DNA of 64,000 nt from an uncultured Candidatus Actinomarina sp. GTDB lineage: Bacteria > Actinomycetota > Acidimicrobiia > Actinomarinales > Actinomarinaceae. The stretch is from contig CACFIX010000004.1 of NCBI GenBank assembly GCA_902566515.1, forward strand, positions 4,092 to 68,091, written 5' to 3'. Numbering within the stretch: position 1 is the first letter of the stretch; each line of letters starts with the position of its first letter. A model generated the notes under the pieces. The model was not told the DNA's origin and ran no database searches. It saw only the letters and a list, made by a program, of their open reading frames with translations. Positions 1-8,504 of the stretch are shown in pieces. A program made the translations under genes and the position numbers.

Positions 1-715
1 CGGTAACCTCTCCAAGTCCATAAACTTCAAACGTATTTTCTTTACCAGAAATTATTAATGCAGTGTGTTCATCAATACCAAGTAGATTAGAGTAATTTAT
101 TTCCATTAATTTATTCATCCTATTCTTACCTACATAGCTAAAACTTGTATCATGATTCCCCCCTTCTTTATTATTAAAGTGAGGCACTACAGTACAGGAC
201 AAACCGTACAAGCCAAGCAAATCAAGTCCTTCTTCCCAATAGGGATCTATTCCAACCTTATATATTTCATAAACAGGTAAAGTGTTTTCTCCCAGTGTTG
301 TTGCTGCAGCACTTGCAAATAGAGCGTTTGCACCTTTTTTAATATGATTAAACAATGTTTCTTTAATTTCATTGTTCACCCACAGTTTGCTTGCGTAGCT
401 AGGACTACCAGGGCCTGCAAATATAAAATCTGCTTTTTCTAATAAAGATATCGTTTTAAAGAATGATTTTGTATTTAATTCTTCTTTGTTTCTGTAAGAT
501 GCTAATTTAATTTTTATATTTAAACTTAAATCATAAAAATCTTGAATTTTTTCAACAAGTTGTTCAGCATTTTCCTGGAAACCAAATGGTGAATCTAGCA
601 TGTATGCTTTTACAGGTTTAGGAATTTCCTGTAAAAGTTTTCTATGTACCGCAACTAAATTAGGACTTGTTTCGCCAGACCCTAATATTGCAATTGTTCC
701 AAGTTGATTTGACAT
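1..715 (-). CDS. Class I glutamine amidotransferase-like / peptidase S51 (cyanophycinase-like) protein, runs off the left edge
   Basis: Not in the ORF track. My translation from ATG at 715: MSNQLGTIAILGSGETSPNLVAVHRKLL...FIFAGPGSPSY...LFASAAATTLG...VVPHFNNKEGGNHDT...LGIDEHTAL; open to the window edge. Confidence 0.7.
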   Translation of the reverse strand, partial: MSNQLGTIAILGSGETSPNLVAVHRKLLQEIPKPVKAYMLDSPFGFQENAEQLVEKIQDFYDLSLNIKIKLASYRNKEELNTKSFFKTISLLEKADFIFAGPGSPSYASKLWVNNEIKETLFNHIKKGANALFASAAATTLGENTLPVYEIYKVGIDPYWEEGLDLLGLYGLSCTVVPHFNNKEGGNHDTSFSYVGKNRMNKLMEINYSNLLGIDEHTALIISGKENTFEVYGLGEVT

Positions 716-751
716 CAACCTATTATATATTTTTTTTCTTTTGAACCAAAG

Positions 752-1765
752 GTGTATAATCAAAGTGTGGTAACAATTTTAGCTAAAATATTGGAGAAAT
801 TTACAATTGAGATTATCCCGTCTCTTCCAATGTTTATGAGGACACCTTTATATCTAAATATATTAAAGTTCAGAAAAGTAAAAGACAGATTGAGGCTTGA
901 TGTTACTAAAAAAAATCCTACTTTTGAAGATCGCTTGGATTATGCTCTAGACTCTCGAGCAAATTTAAATAATTCAGGTGAAAAGTTACACAATTTTAAT
1001 TCCAATGTCGCACTCGAAGAAATAAAAGATGGGCCAGTAAAAATTTATAAATTTATTCCACCAAATTCCAGTAAAGATAAATACGGAATCTATTTTCATG
1101 GGGGAGGATATTTTGCCGGAAGTATTACCTCACATAAAAATTTAATTTCCCAAATATCTTATGATTCAAATCTAATTGTTTATTTCTTTGAATATAGGCT
1201 GAGTCCAGAATACAATTTTCCATCTGCTCATGAAGACGCAAAACTTGCAGTAGATTTTATAAAAGCTCTTCATCCGGATGATCAAAGTATTTGGATAGGT
1301 GAATCTGCTGGCGGAGGTCTTGCTACAGGGCTAGTAGTAGATAAAGAGTATCTTGAAAAACCAGATAATCTAATACTTTTATCTCCATGGCTTGATTTGT
1401 CTGATAATTTTGAGGATAAGAAGTTTTTCAAAAACAGTGATGTGACGATAATTATTGAAGGAATGTATGAAGTAGGAGAATATTATGCAGGCGAATATGG
1501 AACAAAAAATCCAATATTATCTCCGGTATATGCTGATGTCGATGATTTTCCAGATGTACTAATTCAGGTATGCACCGATGAGCTTCTTTACAATGATGCA
1601 ATAGAATTTGTAAAAAAATTAGAAGATAAGAATATAAATGTTCAACTGCAAACTTGGGACGGACTTTGGCATGCTTGGCAATTCTTTCCAATTAATGAAG
1701 CATATGAAGCACTTGAAAAGATTGTAGAGTATATTAAATCTTTAGAGTTTCACTCTTCTAAATGA
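752..1765 (+). CDS. Alpha/beta hydrolase, HSL/GDXG esterase-lipase family
   Basis: HGGGY oxyanion motif, GESAGG nucleophile elbow, DELL Asp and LWHAWQ His; start codon uncertain. Confidence 0.9.
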   Translation: MYNQSVVTILAKILEKFTIEIIPSLPMFMRTPLYLNILKFRKVKDRLRLDVTKKNPTFEDRLDYALDSRANLNNSGEKLHNFNSNVALEEIKDGPVKIYKFIPPNSSKDKYGIYFHGGGYFAGSITSHKNLISQISYDSNLIVYFFEYRLSPEYNFPSAHEDAKLAVDFIKALHPDDQSIWIGESAGGGLATGLVVDKEYLEKPDNLILLSPWLDLSDNFEDKKFFKNSDVTIIIEGMYEVGEYYAGEYGTKNPILSPVYADVDDFPDVLIQVCTDELLYNDAIEFVKKLEDKNINVQLQTWDGLWHAWQFFPINEAYEALEKIVEYIKSLEFHSSK

Positions 1766-2496
1766 TGTAGGGCAAATCCATAAGGTAATTCAAGCCGATT
1801 TTCTTCCATTATTTTTTTGTCTTTAAGAATCTCATAGGTTTTCATATCAGTAGTAATTTCTCCATTATTTAAGATAATACTCCTGTCACAAATCTCTAGA
1901 GCCATTGGTAAATCATGAGTTACTAATATAAGTGAAATTTCCAAACTTTTTAGAATTTCGATTAATTCTCTTCGAGATGCTGGATCAAGATTAGAACTAG
2001 GTTCATCTAGAACTAGAAGCTCAGGTTCTGATGCTAAAACACTAGCAATAGCAACTTTTCTTTTTTGGCCAAAGCTTAAATGGTGTGGAGGCTTATCAAT
2101 GAAATTATCCATCTTAACTTTTTTTAATGCATTTATAGCATTATTTTCAGCTTCTTCATTTGAAAAGCCAAAGTTCTTAGGTCCAAACATAACATCTTCT
2201 AAAACTGTAGGCATAAATAATTGGTCATCTGGGTCCTGGAAAACTAAACCTACAGTTTTACGAATTCTGCTAATGTTTTGTTCATTATATAAAAAATTAT
2301 CAATTTTAATTTTTTCATCAAGATTTCCAAGAATTCCATTTAAATGAAGAATAAGAGTTGTTTTTCCTGCACCATTTGGACCAAGAACTGCAATTCTCTC
2401 GTTTTTCTCAATTTGAAAATTAATATTATGTAAAGCTTTAAATCCATCTGGATACTCAAAATTTAAATTATTTACACTTAGGTAGCTATTATTCAT
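1750..2496 (-). CDS. cbiO: ECF-type Co/Ni transporter ATPase (CbiO/NikO)
   Basis: GPNGAGKTT, FQDPDDQLF, LSFGQKRK, LVLDEP; follows a CbiQ-like gene. Confidence 0.88.
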   Translation of the reverse strand: MNNSYLSVNNLNFEYPDGFKALHNINFQIEKNERIAVLGPNGAGKTTLILHLNGILGNLDEKIKIDNFLYNEQNISRIRKTVGLVFQDPDDQLFMPTVLEDVMFGPKNFGFSNEEAENNAINALKKVKMDNFIDKPPHHLSFGQKRKVAIASVLASEPELLVLDEPSSNLDPASRRELIEILKSLEISLILVTHDLPMALEICDRSIILNNGEITTDMKTYEILKDKKIMEENRLELPYGFALHHLEE

Positions 2497-3257
2497 ATGA
2501 GAAATCTTTCCACAATAGTTGTAGCAATTGAAATAAATGATAAATAATAAAGAAGAGAAGACTTTTTAAATTCTCTTTTCTTAAGTTCAATTGAACCGTT
2601 GAAACCTCTGGATATCATTGAGTTATAAACTCTTTCACCTCTTTCATACCCTCTTATCAACATTGCACCAGAAGCATATGCAATTGGTTTTAATCCCCTT
2701 AATCCTTTTTGATCATAACCTCTTGATTTCATTGCAACTTTAACTCTTTTAAATTCATCAATAAAAACATCAATATATCTAATTGCAAAAGATAATATTG
2801 AAATTAACAACGGTGAAATTTTTAATTTTTGCAAACCATAAATAATCTCAATATTTGATGTAGTAGCAGTTAAAACAATTGCTAACGAAACACACAGTGT
2901 AATTTTAATTAATATTGAAATCATTTCATTGAAACCAGTTTCATAAATAGGCAATGAAAAAAATTCAAACATCACAGTACTATCTCCTTTACTTAAAAAA
3001 GGGAGAAATAAAGCAAACAATACAAAGGGTATGTCGATTGAAAGTCTTTTAAAATATGTAGATATTTTTATTTTAGATAAATACAACAACAATAATACAA
3101 CGAAAGTTTGTACAATTATTGCTAAATTTTTCTCAAGGCTTAAGAAAGCAATAGACAAGACAATTATAAATGTTGTTGCAATTTTGATTTCAGGTCTGGT
3201 GTTACTGAGAACAGAGTTTCTGTGAATTTCTAGATGATGCGAGTGTGTTGTTTCCAT
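2493..3257 (-). CDS. cbiQ: ECF-type Co/Ni transporter T component (CbiQ/NikQ)
   Basis: His-rich N-terminus, multiple TM segments, AMKSRG and ERGERVYNSMISRGF motifs. Confidence 0.88.
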   Translation of the reverse strand: METTHSHHLEIHRNSVLSNTRPEIKIATTFIIVLSIAFLSLEKNLAIIVQTFVVLLLLYLSKIKISTYFKRLSIDIPFVLFALFLPFLSKGDSTVMFEFFSLPIYETGFNEMISILIKITLCVSLAIVLTATTSNIEIIYGLQKLKISPLLISILSFAIRYIDVFIDEFKRVKVAMKSRGYDQKGLRGLKPIAYASGAMLIRGYERGERVYNSMISRGFNGSIELKKREFKKSSLLYYLSFISIATTIVERFLI

Positions 3258-3261
3258 ATAA

Positions 3262-3298
3262 AAATATGTTAATGCAAATTATTTGCAATAACATATTT
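3262..3298. promoter_or_regulatory. 37-bp inverted repeat with a Nur-box-like core (aTGCAA-N5-TTGCAA, 3272..3288) over the cbiQO promoter
   Basis: aaatatgttaatgcaaat-t-atttgcaataacatattt: 18-bp arms with one mismatch; contains a minus-strand TAACAT -10 (3266..3271) 8 nt before the cbiQ ATG. Confidence 0.7.
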
Positions 3299-3707
3299 AT
3301 TTACACTTTTTACATATACCTGAATATATAAAATGATGATTTATAATCTTAAAATTACTATCTTTAATTAAAATTTTGTTAATTTCCTCTTTAGTTTCTG
3401 TTTTCAAATCAGAGATTGAATTGCATGAATCACAAATAATATGGTTATTATCATATTCACTTTTTAAATAATATATTCCTGAACCATGAACTTGGTGAGA
3501 GTGTTCAACGATGTCTACTTTTTCTAACAACTCTAGAGTTCTATAAACAGTTGCCAAATCTATATTTTGATCTTTTTTCAATGCTAAATTATGTAATTTT
3601 TCAACAGTAAAATGTTCATGTCCCGCAGTTTCTAAAATGTTACAAATCACCTCCCGCGGACTAGTGATTCTGTGACCCCTTTTTTTTAATTCATTAACGA
3701 AATCCAT
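3297..3707 (-). CDS. Fur-family metalloregulator, Nur-like
   Basis: TVYRTLELL helix, EHSHQVHG, two CxxC pairs, HHFIYSG; ATG 3707 or TTG 3713 start. Confidence 0.9.
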   Translation of the reverse strand: MDFVNELKKRGHRITSPREVICNILETAGHEHFTVEKLHNLALKKDQNIDLATVYRTLELLEKVDIVEHSHQVHGSGIYYLKSEYDNNHIICDSCNSISDLKTETKEEINKILIKDSNFKIINHHFIYSGICKKCK

Positions 3708-3741
3708 ATTCAAGTATATTATAAGGTTTGATAAGGGACTT

Positions 3742-4215
3742 ATGAAAAGAAAATTTCTAAAGATACTTAATCGGTATAGTTTAATTTATTTACCTTTAGG
3801 ATGGGTTATTGGATTAGCAATTTTCTTTTTTGCATTTGAGCCTTCAGCTGTCTTATATTTTCTAAGTTTTTTTGTTCTTGGAATATTTTATTTTCTGATT
3901 TCATATACTTCAAATCGCATAATGGTTGACTCGTCTTATTCATATTCAGATTATGAAAATTCAATTATTGAATTTTACTCTGATTATTGACTAGGTTGTA
4001 CTGCTTCAAAATTCATAGTTGATGAATTTAAAAAAGAAAATCCAGAAGTTTTTTTTGTATCAATTAATGCTAGTAAACAAAAAGATCATCCATTTATTGA
4101 TGAGTACAAATTATTCAATACTCCAACATATGTTTTGATAAATAATAAAGGTGAAAAAATAGTCAGAAGAGTTGGCACATTTAATCCAAGCTATTTTAAA
4201 AAATATTTAGCTTAA
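3742..4215 (+). CDS. Membrane-anchored thioredoxin-fold protein with an in-frame UGA, probable selenoprotein (U83xxC86)
   Basis: Frame stays open for 74 codons past TGA 3988..3990: IIEFYSDY-U-LGCTASKFIVDEF...LFNTPTYVLINNKGEKIVRRVGTFNPSYFKKYLA*; N-terminal hydrophobic helices; stop overlaps the convergent csaA stop. Confidence 0.82.
4009..4029 (+). promoter_or_regulatory. Candidate bacterial SECIS hairpin
   Basis: Perfect 8-bp stem AAATTCAT/ATGAATTT, loop AGTTG with G at loop position 2 followed by U, 26 nt between the UGA and the loop. Confidence 0.6.
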
Positions 4216-4547
4216 GATACTCTATCGCCTAATTCTGAACCCTCTTCAGGGGACAACAAAAGCACATCTCCATTATTTGATGTTGAACCTAATACTAGAC
4301 ACTGGCTCATTATTGGACCAATTTGCTTATCACCTAAATTAATAACAGCTATACATTTTTTATTCGAAAGACTATTTAAATCATAATTTGTAATTTGAGC
4401 ACTTGTTTTTTTGAGGCCAATTTCTACACCAAAATCAATAGTTAGAATATAAGCAGGTTTTATAGCTTCTTCAAATACTTCAGCTTTAATAATTTTTCCA
4501 ACTCTAATATCTAATTTAGAAAATAAACCTACATTTTCACTATTCAT
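4212..4547 (-). CDS. csaA: CsaA/Trbp111 tRNA-binding OB-fold protein
   Basis: LDIRVGKII, KKTSAQIT, NLGDKQIG..MSQCLVLG, GDRV; likely start is ATG 4547 rather than 4628. Confidence 0.85.
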   Translation of the reverse strand: MNSENVGLFSKLDIRVGKIIKAEVFEEAIKPAYILTIDFGVEIGLKKTSAQITNYDLNSLSNKKCIAVINLGDKQIGPIMSQCLVLGSTSNNGDVLLLSPEEGSELGDRVS

Positions 4548-4575
4548 ATAACAAACATAATTACATACTGATAAC

Positions 4576-5121
4576 ATGTCAAAAATTTTCATCCTAAGTG
4601 CAGGAACAAGTCCTGACTCATATAACAATCAACTGGCGAAGCACCTAAGTACTTATTTTGAAAAAAAAGGTTTAGAAAATGTTCTGTTCGATAATCTGTA
4701 TTCTGATATTCCATTTTTACTGGATACTTATGATGATGTTCCAGAAAAAATTCTTGAAATGAGAAAATCATTGGAGATATCTGAAAAAATAATTATTTTT
4801 AGCCCCGTTTACAACGGTGGGTTTTTAGCACATTTAAAAAATACTTTAGATTGGCTGTCACTTGCATATGATGGAAACCGTTATAGTGCGTTATTTAAAG
4901 AAAAAAAAGTTGCAGTTATTACAACCGTTAAGGGGGCTGGAGGTAATGCCCAAAAAGCATTTGAAATTCTAAGTATGCAATTATCAAACTATGATTTGCA
5001 AGTTTTTGAAAAATTTCATTTAATCACTAAATCGGAACATCAAAATGAAAAAAGTATTCTAAATAATCAAGATGTTATTGAATCATTGAATAGCTATGTA
5101 GAAGAGTTTTTAGATTTATAG
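4576..5121 (+). CDS. NAD(P)H-dependent FMN reductase (flavodoxin-like)
   Basis: SAGTSPDSYN, SPVYNGGFLAHLKNTLDWLS. Confidence 0.85.
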   Translation: MSKIFILSAGTSPDSYNNQLAKHLSTYFEKKGLENVLFDNLYSDIPFLLDTYDDVPEKILEMRKSLEISEKIIIFSPVYNGGFLAHLKNTLDWLSLAYDGNRYSALFKEKKVAVITTVKGAGGNAQKAFEILSMQLSNYDLQVFEKFHLITKSEHQNEKSILNNQDVIESLNSYVEEFLDL

Positions 5122-5838
5122 TCTACTTTCTATTAAAGACTCCATTTTTGAAGTTAGTTCATCGACAGTGTAATCATTCACATTATAAATTGGATCTAAT
5201 ATCTCAATTTTAATTTTGCCACTTTTAAGCCATACTTTTCCTTTTACCATCAAGTTATGAGCATTATGGGAAACAACTGGAATTACTGGGAGATTAAAAT
5301 CTTTTGCAATAAAAGCTGCCCCTTTTTTAAATGGCAACAACTCTTTTTGATTACTTCTCTTTCCTTCAGGAAATATCATAATTGAATTACCCAGCTTGAT
5401 AACTTGGTTAATAGAGTCATTAATTTTTTCAAAATTGGCTTTCGCGTTTTTCCTATCAATTCTTGGTAATCCTAGGGTTTTTAAAACTCTTCCAAAAATT
5501 GGTATTCTAAATAATTCTGTTTTTGTAAGAAATCTAATTGAAACAGGCAGAGCAGTTATATGTGTAAAGATATCAAGAGTTGATGGATGATTTCCAATAA
5601 CTACGTAACTTTTTTTTGTATCTATTTTTTCCGCTCCAATAACATTCAATTCAACACCTACAAGTACAATTCCTATCCAGCCAAAGAATTCATATAGTTT
5701 TGTTGCAAGAACCCGCCCTTTTGGAACAAATGCTGTTATTACGATCAATACACACAATGGAAACATAATAAAAATCATGAATAGTGGAAACAAGATGACA
5801 GTTTTTAAAAAGATTTTGATATTCATTCTTGCATCCAT
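5116..5838 (-). CDS. plsC: 1-acyl-sn-glycerol-3-phosphate acyltransferase
   Basis: NHPSTLD (NHxxxxD) and FPEGKRS motifs. Confidence 0.88.
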   Translation of the reverse strand: MDARMNIKIFLKTVILFPLFMIFIMFPLCVLIVITAFVPKGRVLATKLYEFFGWIGIVLVGVELNVIGAEKIDTKKSYVVIGNHPSTLDIFTHITALPVSIRFLTKTELFRIPIFGRVLKTLGLPRIDRKNAKANFEKINDSINQVIKLGNSIMIFPEGKRSNQKELLPFKKGAAFIAKDFNLPVIPVVSHNAHNLMVKGKVWLKSGKIKIEILDPIYNVNDYTVDELTSKMESLIESRL

Positions 5839-5870
5839 AGTGCTATTTTAAGAAATAAATCTATGAGTTA

Positions 5871-6746
5871 TCAAATATTTATACCAAATTGTTTTTTTAC
5901 ACTCAAGCTTAAGAAATAAAATGAGCTTGCACATAATGTAAAACCTAATGTTGGTGGAATTAAATTCCAATAATTGGTTCCACCTAGATAAGAACCGTAT
6001 GTGATTGAATCATAAATCATCATTCCCCAATTAGGCGTCCATCCAACTTGTCCATAAAATGATGCAAAACCATATGCTAATATTCCATAGGTCGTACTTG
6101 CTAACATGTAACTTACTGCGTACGGAACAACTACTGGCATTATGTGTCTTGTTGCGATGTATAGGTTTTTTCCACCTAACAATTTAGATGCATTGATAAA
6201 TTCTTGATTTGATATCTCTACAACTGCTGACCTTACAATTAAATAGCAGACACCTAGACCTGATAAAATTCCATAAATTATACCAACTGATGACGGTGTC
6301 AAAATATCTGTAAAATCTCCAGTTCCTAAAATAAGTAAAATTATTGGAGGAGAAATTAAAATTAATCCGGATGAAATTTCTTTAAAGATAAGATCTGTTC
6401 TTTTGAAAATAAAAGGGATTGTTGTACCCAAAAAAAGGCTTATTGATATTCCAATAAAAAAAGAAAATATTGATAGTTTAATTAGAGGGCCAGATCCAGC
6501 TAAAAACATACTTAAGACATCTCTACCAAGTGGATCTGTACCTAATAAGTGTGCTTTTGAAGGTGTTGTTGGATGTGGAAAAACTTGTAAATCAAATCCG
6601 ACAATTGGATCATAAATGCTTTCAGGCCAGATATTTCCTAGAAGCCAAGAATGAATTAGATTTCCAGTTATAAGTAAAAGTAAGAAAAAATATCCTATTT
6701 TTCCGTGGTAAGTTTTATAAGTACTGTTAATGATATATTTGATCAT
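5871..6746 (-). CDS. Peptide/nickel ABC transporter permease, OppC/DppC-like
   Basis: HLLGTDPLGRDVLS, EAA loop EFINASKLLGG, RHIMP, PNWGMMI. Confidence 0.85.
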   Translation of the reverse strand: MIKYIINSTYKTYHGKIGYFFLLLLITGNLIHSWLLGNIWPESIYDPIVGFDLQVFPHPTTPSKAHLLGTDPLGRDVLSMFLAGSGPLIKLSIFSFFIGISISLFLGTTIPFIFKRTDLIFKEISSGLILISPPIILLILGTGDFTDILTPSSVGIIYGILSGLGVCYLIVRSAVVEISNQEFINASKLLGGKNLYIATRHIMPVVVPYAVSYMLASTTYGILAYGFASFYGQVGWTPNWGMMIYDSITYGSYLGGTNYWNLIPPTLGFTLCASSFYFLSLSVKKQFGINI

Positions 6747-7873
6747 TTTGTCCTTACTCTAGGGTCAATAATCATCTGAATTAAGGAAATTGTAATTCTT
6801 AAAATAATTGTTAATAATGCCAATAATAAAAACAAACCCATTGCAGCATTTGAATCTTGATTCAATATTGTTTGATATAGTAAACTTCCCATTCCATTCC
6901 AATTTGTTGTTGATTCAACTATGACTAGTGATGCTATTGTAAAAGGCAATCCGAGCCCTATTCGGGTGGCAAATGGACCAAAAGAATTCCTTATAATGTG
7001 TTTTGAGAAAATTTTACTATTTGAATAACCCAAAGCTCTAGCGGTAAGTATGTGAGGCTCTCTAGCTATATTTTGAGTAATGACATTAGTTAGGAGTACG
7101 TATTCTCCAATAAAAAATATAGTAAGAATAGATATTGTTTTGAATGCATTTTTCGAGAGTAGAGCTACCTCATTAAATAGAATTGTGTCCGAATTGAAAA
7201 TAAAAATGATAAAAATAAATACAATAATTGAAATTTTCAAAATAAATATTTTTAAATTGGTAAATATATCAATTAAACATGAGATAAAAATTGTTATTCC
7301 AAGCAAGAGTAAGAATAAAAATATATTTATTTTTAATTCACTAATTTCTAATAAGCTAATAGGTGTTTTTTCTATATTAAAAAAAGAAACTAGATATAAA
7401 TATAAGTTATCAAACTTTGATCCAATAAGAAAAAGTATTATTGGAGGAAATAAGCTTATGAGAAAAGTTGCAAAAGTATCTGAAAAGATTTTGTTTTTAT
7501 GCAATTTTTTTATTGGCGTATTGATTGATGGAATTCTTGAAATATAAAATGCAAGCAAAAATGACGGAATAAGAATTTGAATAGTTGGAAAGAATGTTGA
7601 AGTAATATCTTTTCCCGATCTTTGTCTAAAACCACCAGTAGTTATCTCTCCATTAAAAACTCCTAAAATCCATCTAAAATATCTGTGGTATAAAGGATCA
7701 TTCACCCCTAGTGATTCTCTTAGAGCATCTAACTCTGCTTGGCTCATCATAAGTCTCAATGGGGTTAAAAAATCACCTGGAATTAGTAAGTTTATTCCAT
7801 AAAACATAATTAGTAAGAAAATAAATAAAGAGATTAAAGAAGAAAAAATTTCTCTAATGATAAATTTAATCAT
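6743..7873 (-). CDS. Peptide/nickel ABC transporter permease, OppB/DppB-like
   Basis: LIPGD..., LGVNDPLYHRYFRW, TARALGYS..KHIIRNS, W.GMGSLLY, DPRVR. Confidence 0.82.
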   Translation of the reverse strand: MIKFIIREIFSSLISLFIFLLIMFYGINLLIPGDFLTPLRLMMSQAELDALRESLGVNDPLYHRYFRWILGVFNGEITTGGFRQRSGKDITSTFFPTIQILIPSFLLAFYISRIPSINTPIKKLHKNKIFSDTFATFLISLFPPIILFLIGSKFDNLYLYLVSFFNIEKTPISLLEISELKINIFLFLLLLGITIFISCLIDIFTNLKIFILKISIIVFIFIIFIFNSDTILFNEVALLSKNAFKTISILTIFFIGEYVLLTNVITQNIAREPHILTARALGYSNSKIFSKHIIRNSFGPFATRIGLGLPFTIASLVIVESTTNWNGMGSLLYQTILNQDSNAAMGLFLLLALLTIILRITISLIQMIIDPRVRTK

Positions 7874-8453
7874 TTTTTCGCATATCTACATATGGTAAAA
7901 CTAGTTGAACTACTGGCCCTATACCGATTACAAACAGAATAGTAACATAACCAACTAATCCACCTAAAAGCCAACCAGTTAAAAAAGCAAATAATTCAAT
8001 TAAATTTCTAGCTGTTCCAATTTTTAATCCAATTGTTTCAAGACCAACCATAACTCCGTCTCGTGGTCCAGCTCCCAAATCTGCTCCAACATATATCGCA
8101 GTACCGGAACCAATTAAAATTATTCCAAAGGCAATAAGAGTAAGACTCAAAAAGATACTGTCTGATAATTCAAAATTTAAAATTATTAAATCTGCAACAA
8201 TACCAACCAAAAAGATATCAACAATTGTGCCTATTCCTGGTTTTTGCTTTAAAGGAATCCAAAGCAGCATTACAGCAACTCCAGTAATTATTATTGTTCT
8301 ACCATAACTAATACCAAGCGTTTTAGAGAGTCCGTCATGAAAAACTCCCCAAGGTCCTAATCCTAAATTTGCCAAGTAATTTAATGAAATTCCTATACCA
8401 ATTAGAGATGTTCCTGAGAAGACTTGAATAAATTGTCTAATTTTTGTCAACAT
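7866..8453 (-). CDS. YczE/YyaS/YitT-family membrane protein
   Basis: LGLGPWGVFHDG, PGIGTIV, LGAGPRDGVM motifs. Confidence 0.85.
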   Translation of the reverse strand: MLTKIRQFIQVFSGTSLIGIGISLNYLANLGLGPWGVFHDGLSKTLGISYGRTIIITGVAVMLLWIPLKQKPGIGTIVDIFLVGIVADLIILNFELSDSIFLSLTLIAFGIILIGSGTAIYVGADLGAGPRDGVMVGLETIGLKIGTARNLIELFAFLTGWLLGGLVGYVTILFVIGIGPVVQLVLPYVDMRKND

Positions 8454-8504
8454 TCATATAGGATACAAGTTAAAAAAAATAATAAACTAAGTAGAATATT
8501 CTCA

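Noticed and set aside
3742-3990. 82-aa ORF as a complete protein
   Set aside because: It ends at the first position of a thioredoxin active-site motif and the frame continues to 4215; treated as the N-terminal part of a readthrough protein.
3988-3990. Genome-wide UGA reassignment to Trp or Gly
   Set aside because: TGA ends well-conserved genes at the expected place (sucD 15889, livF-like 26170, acs 54062) and Trp is encoded by TGG, so any recoding must be site-specific.
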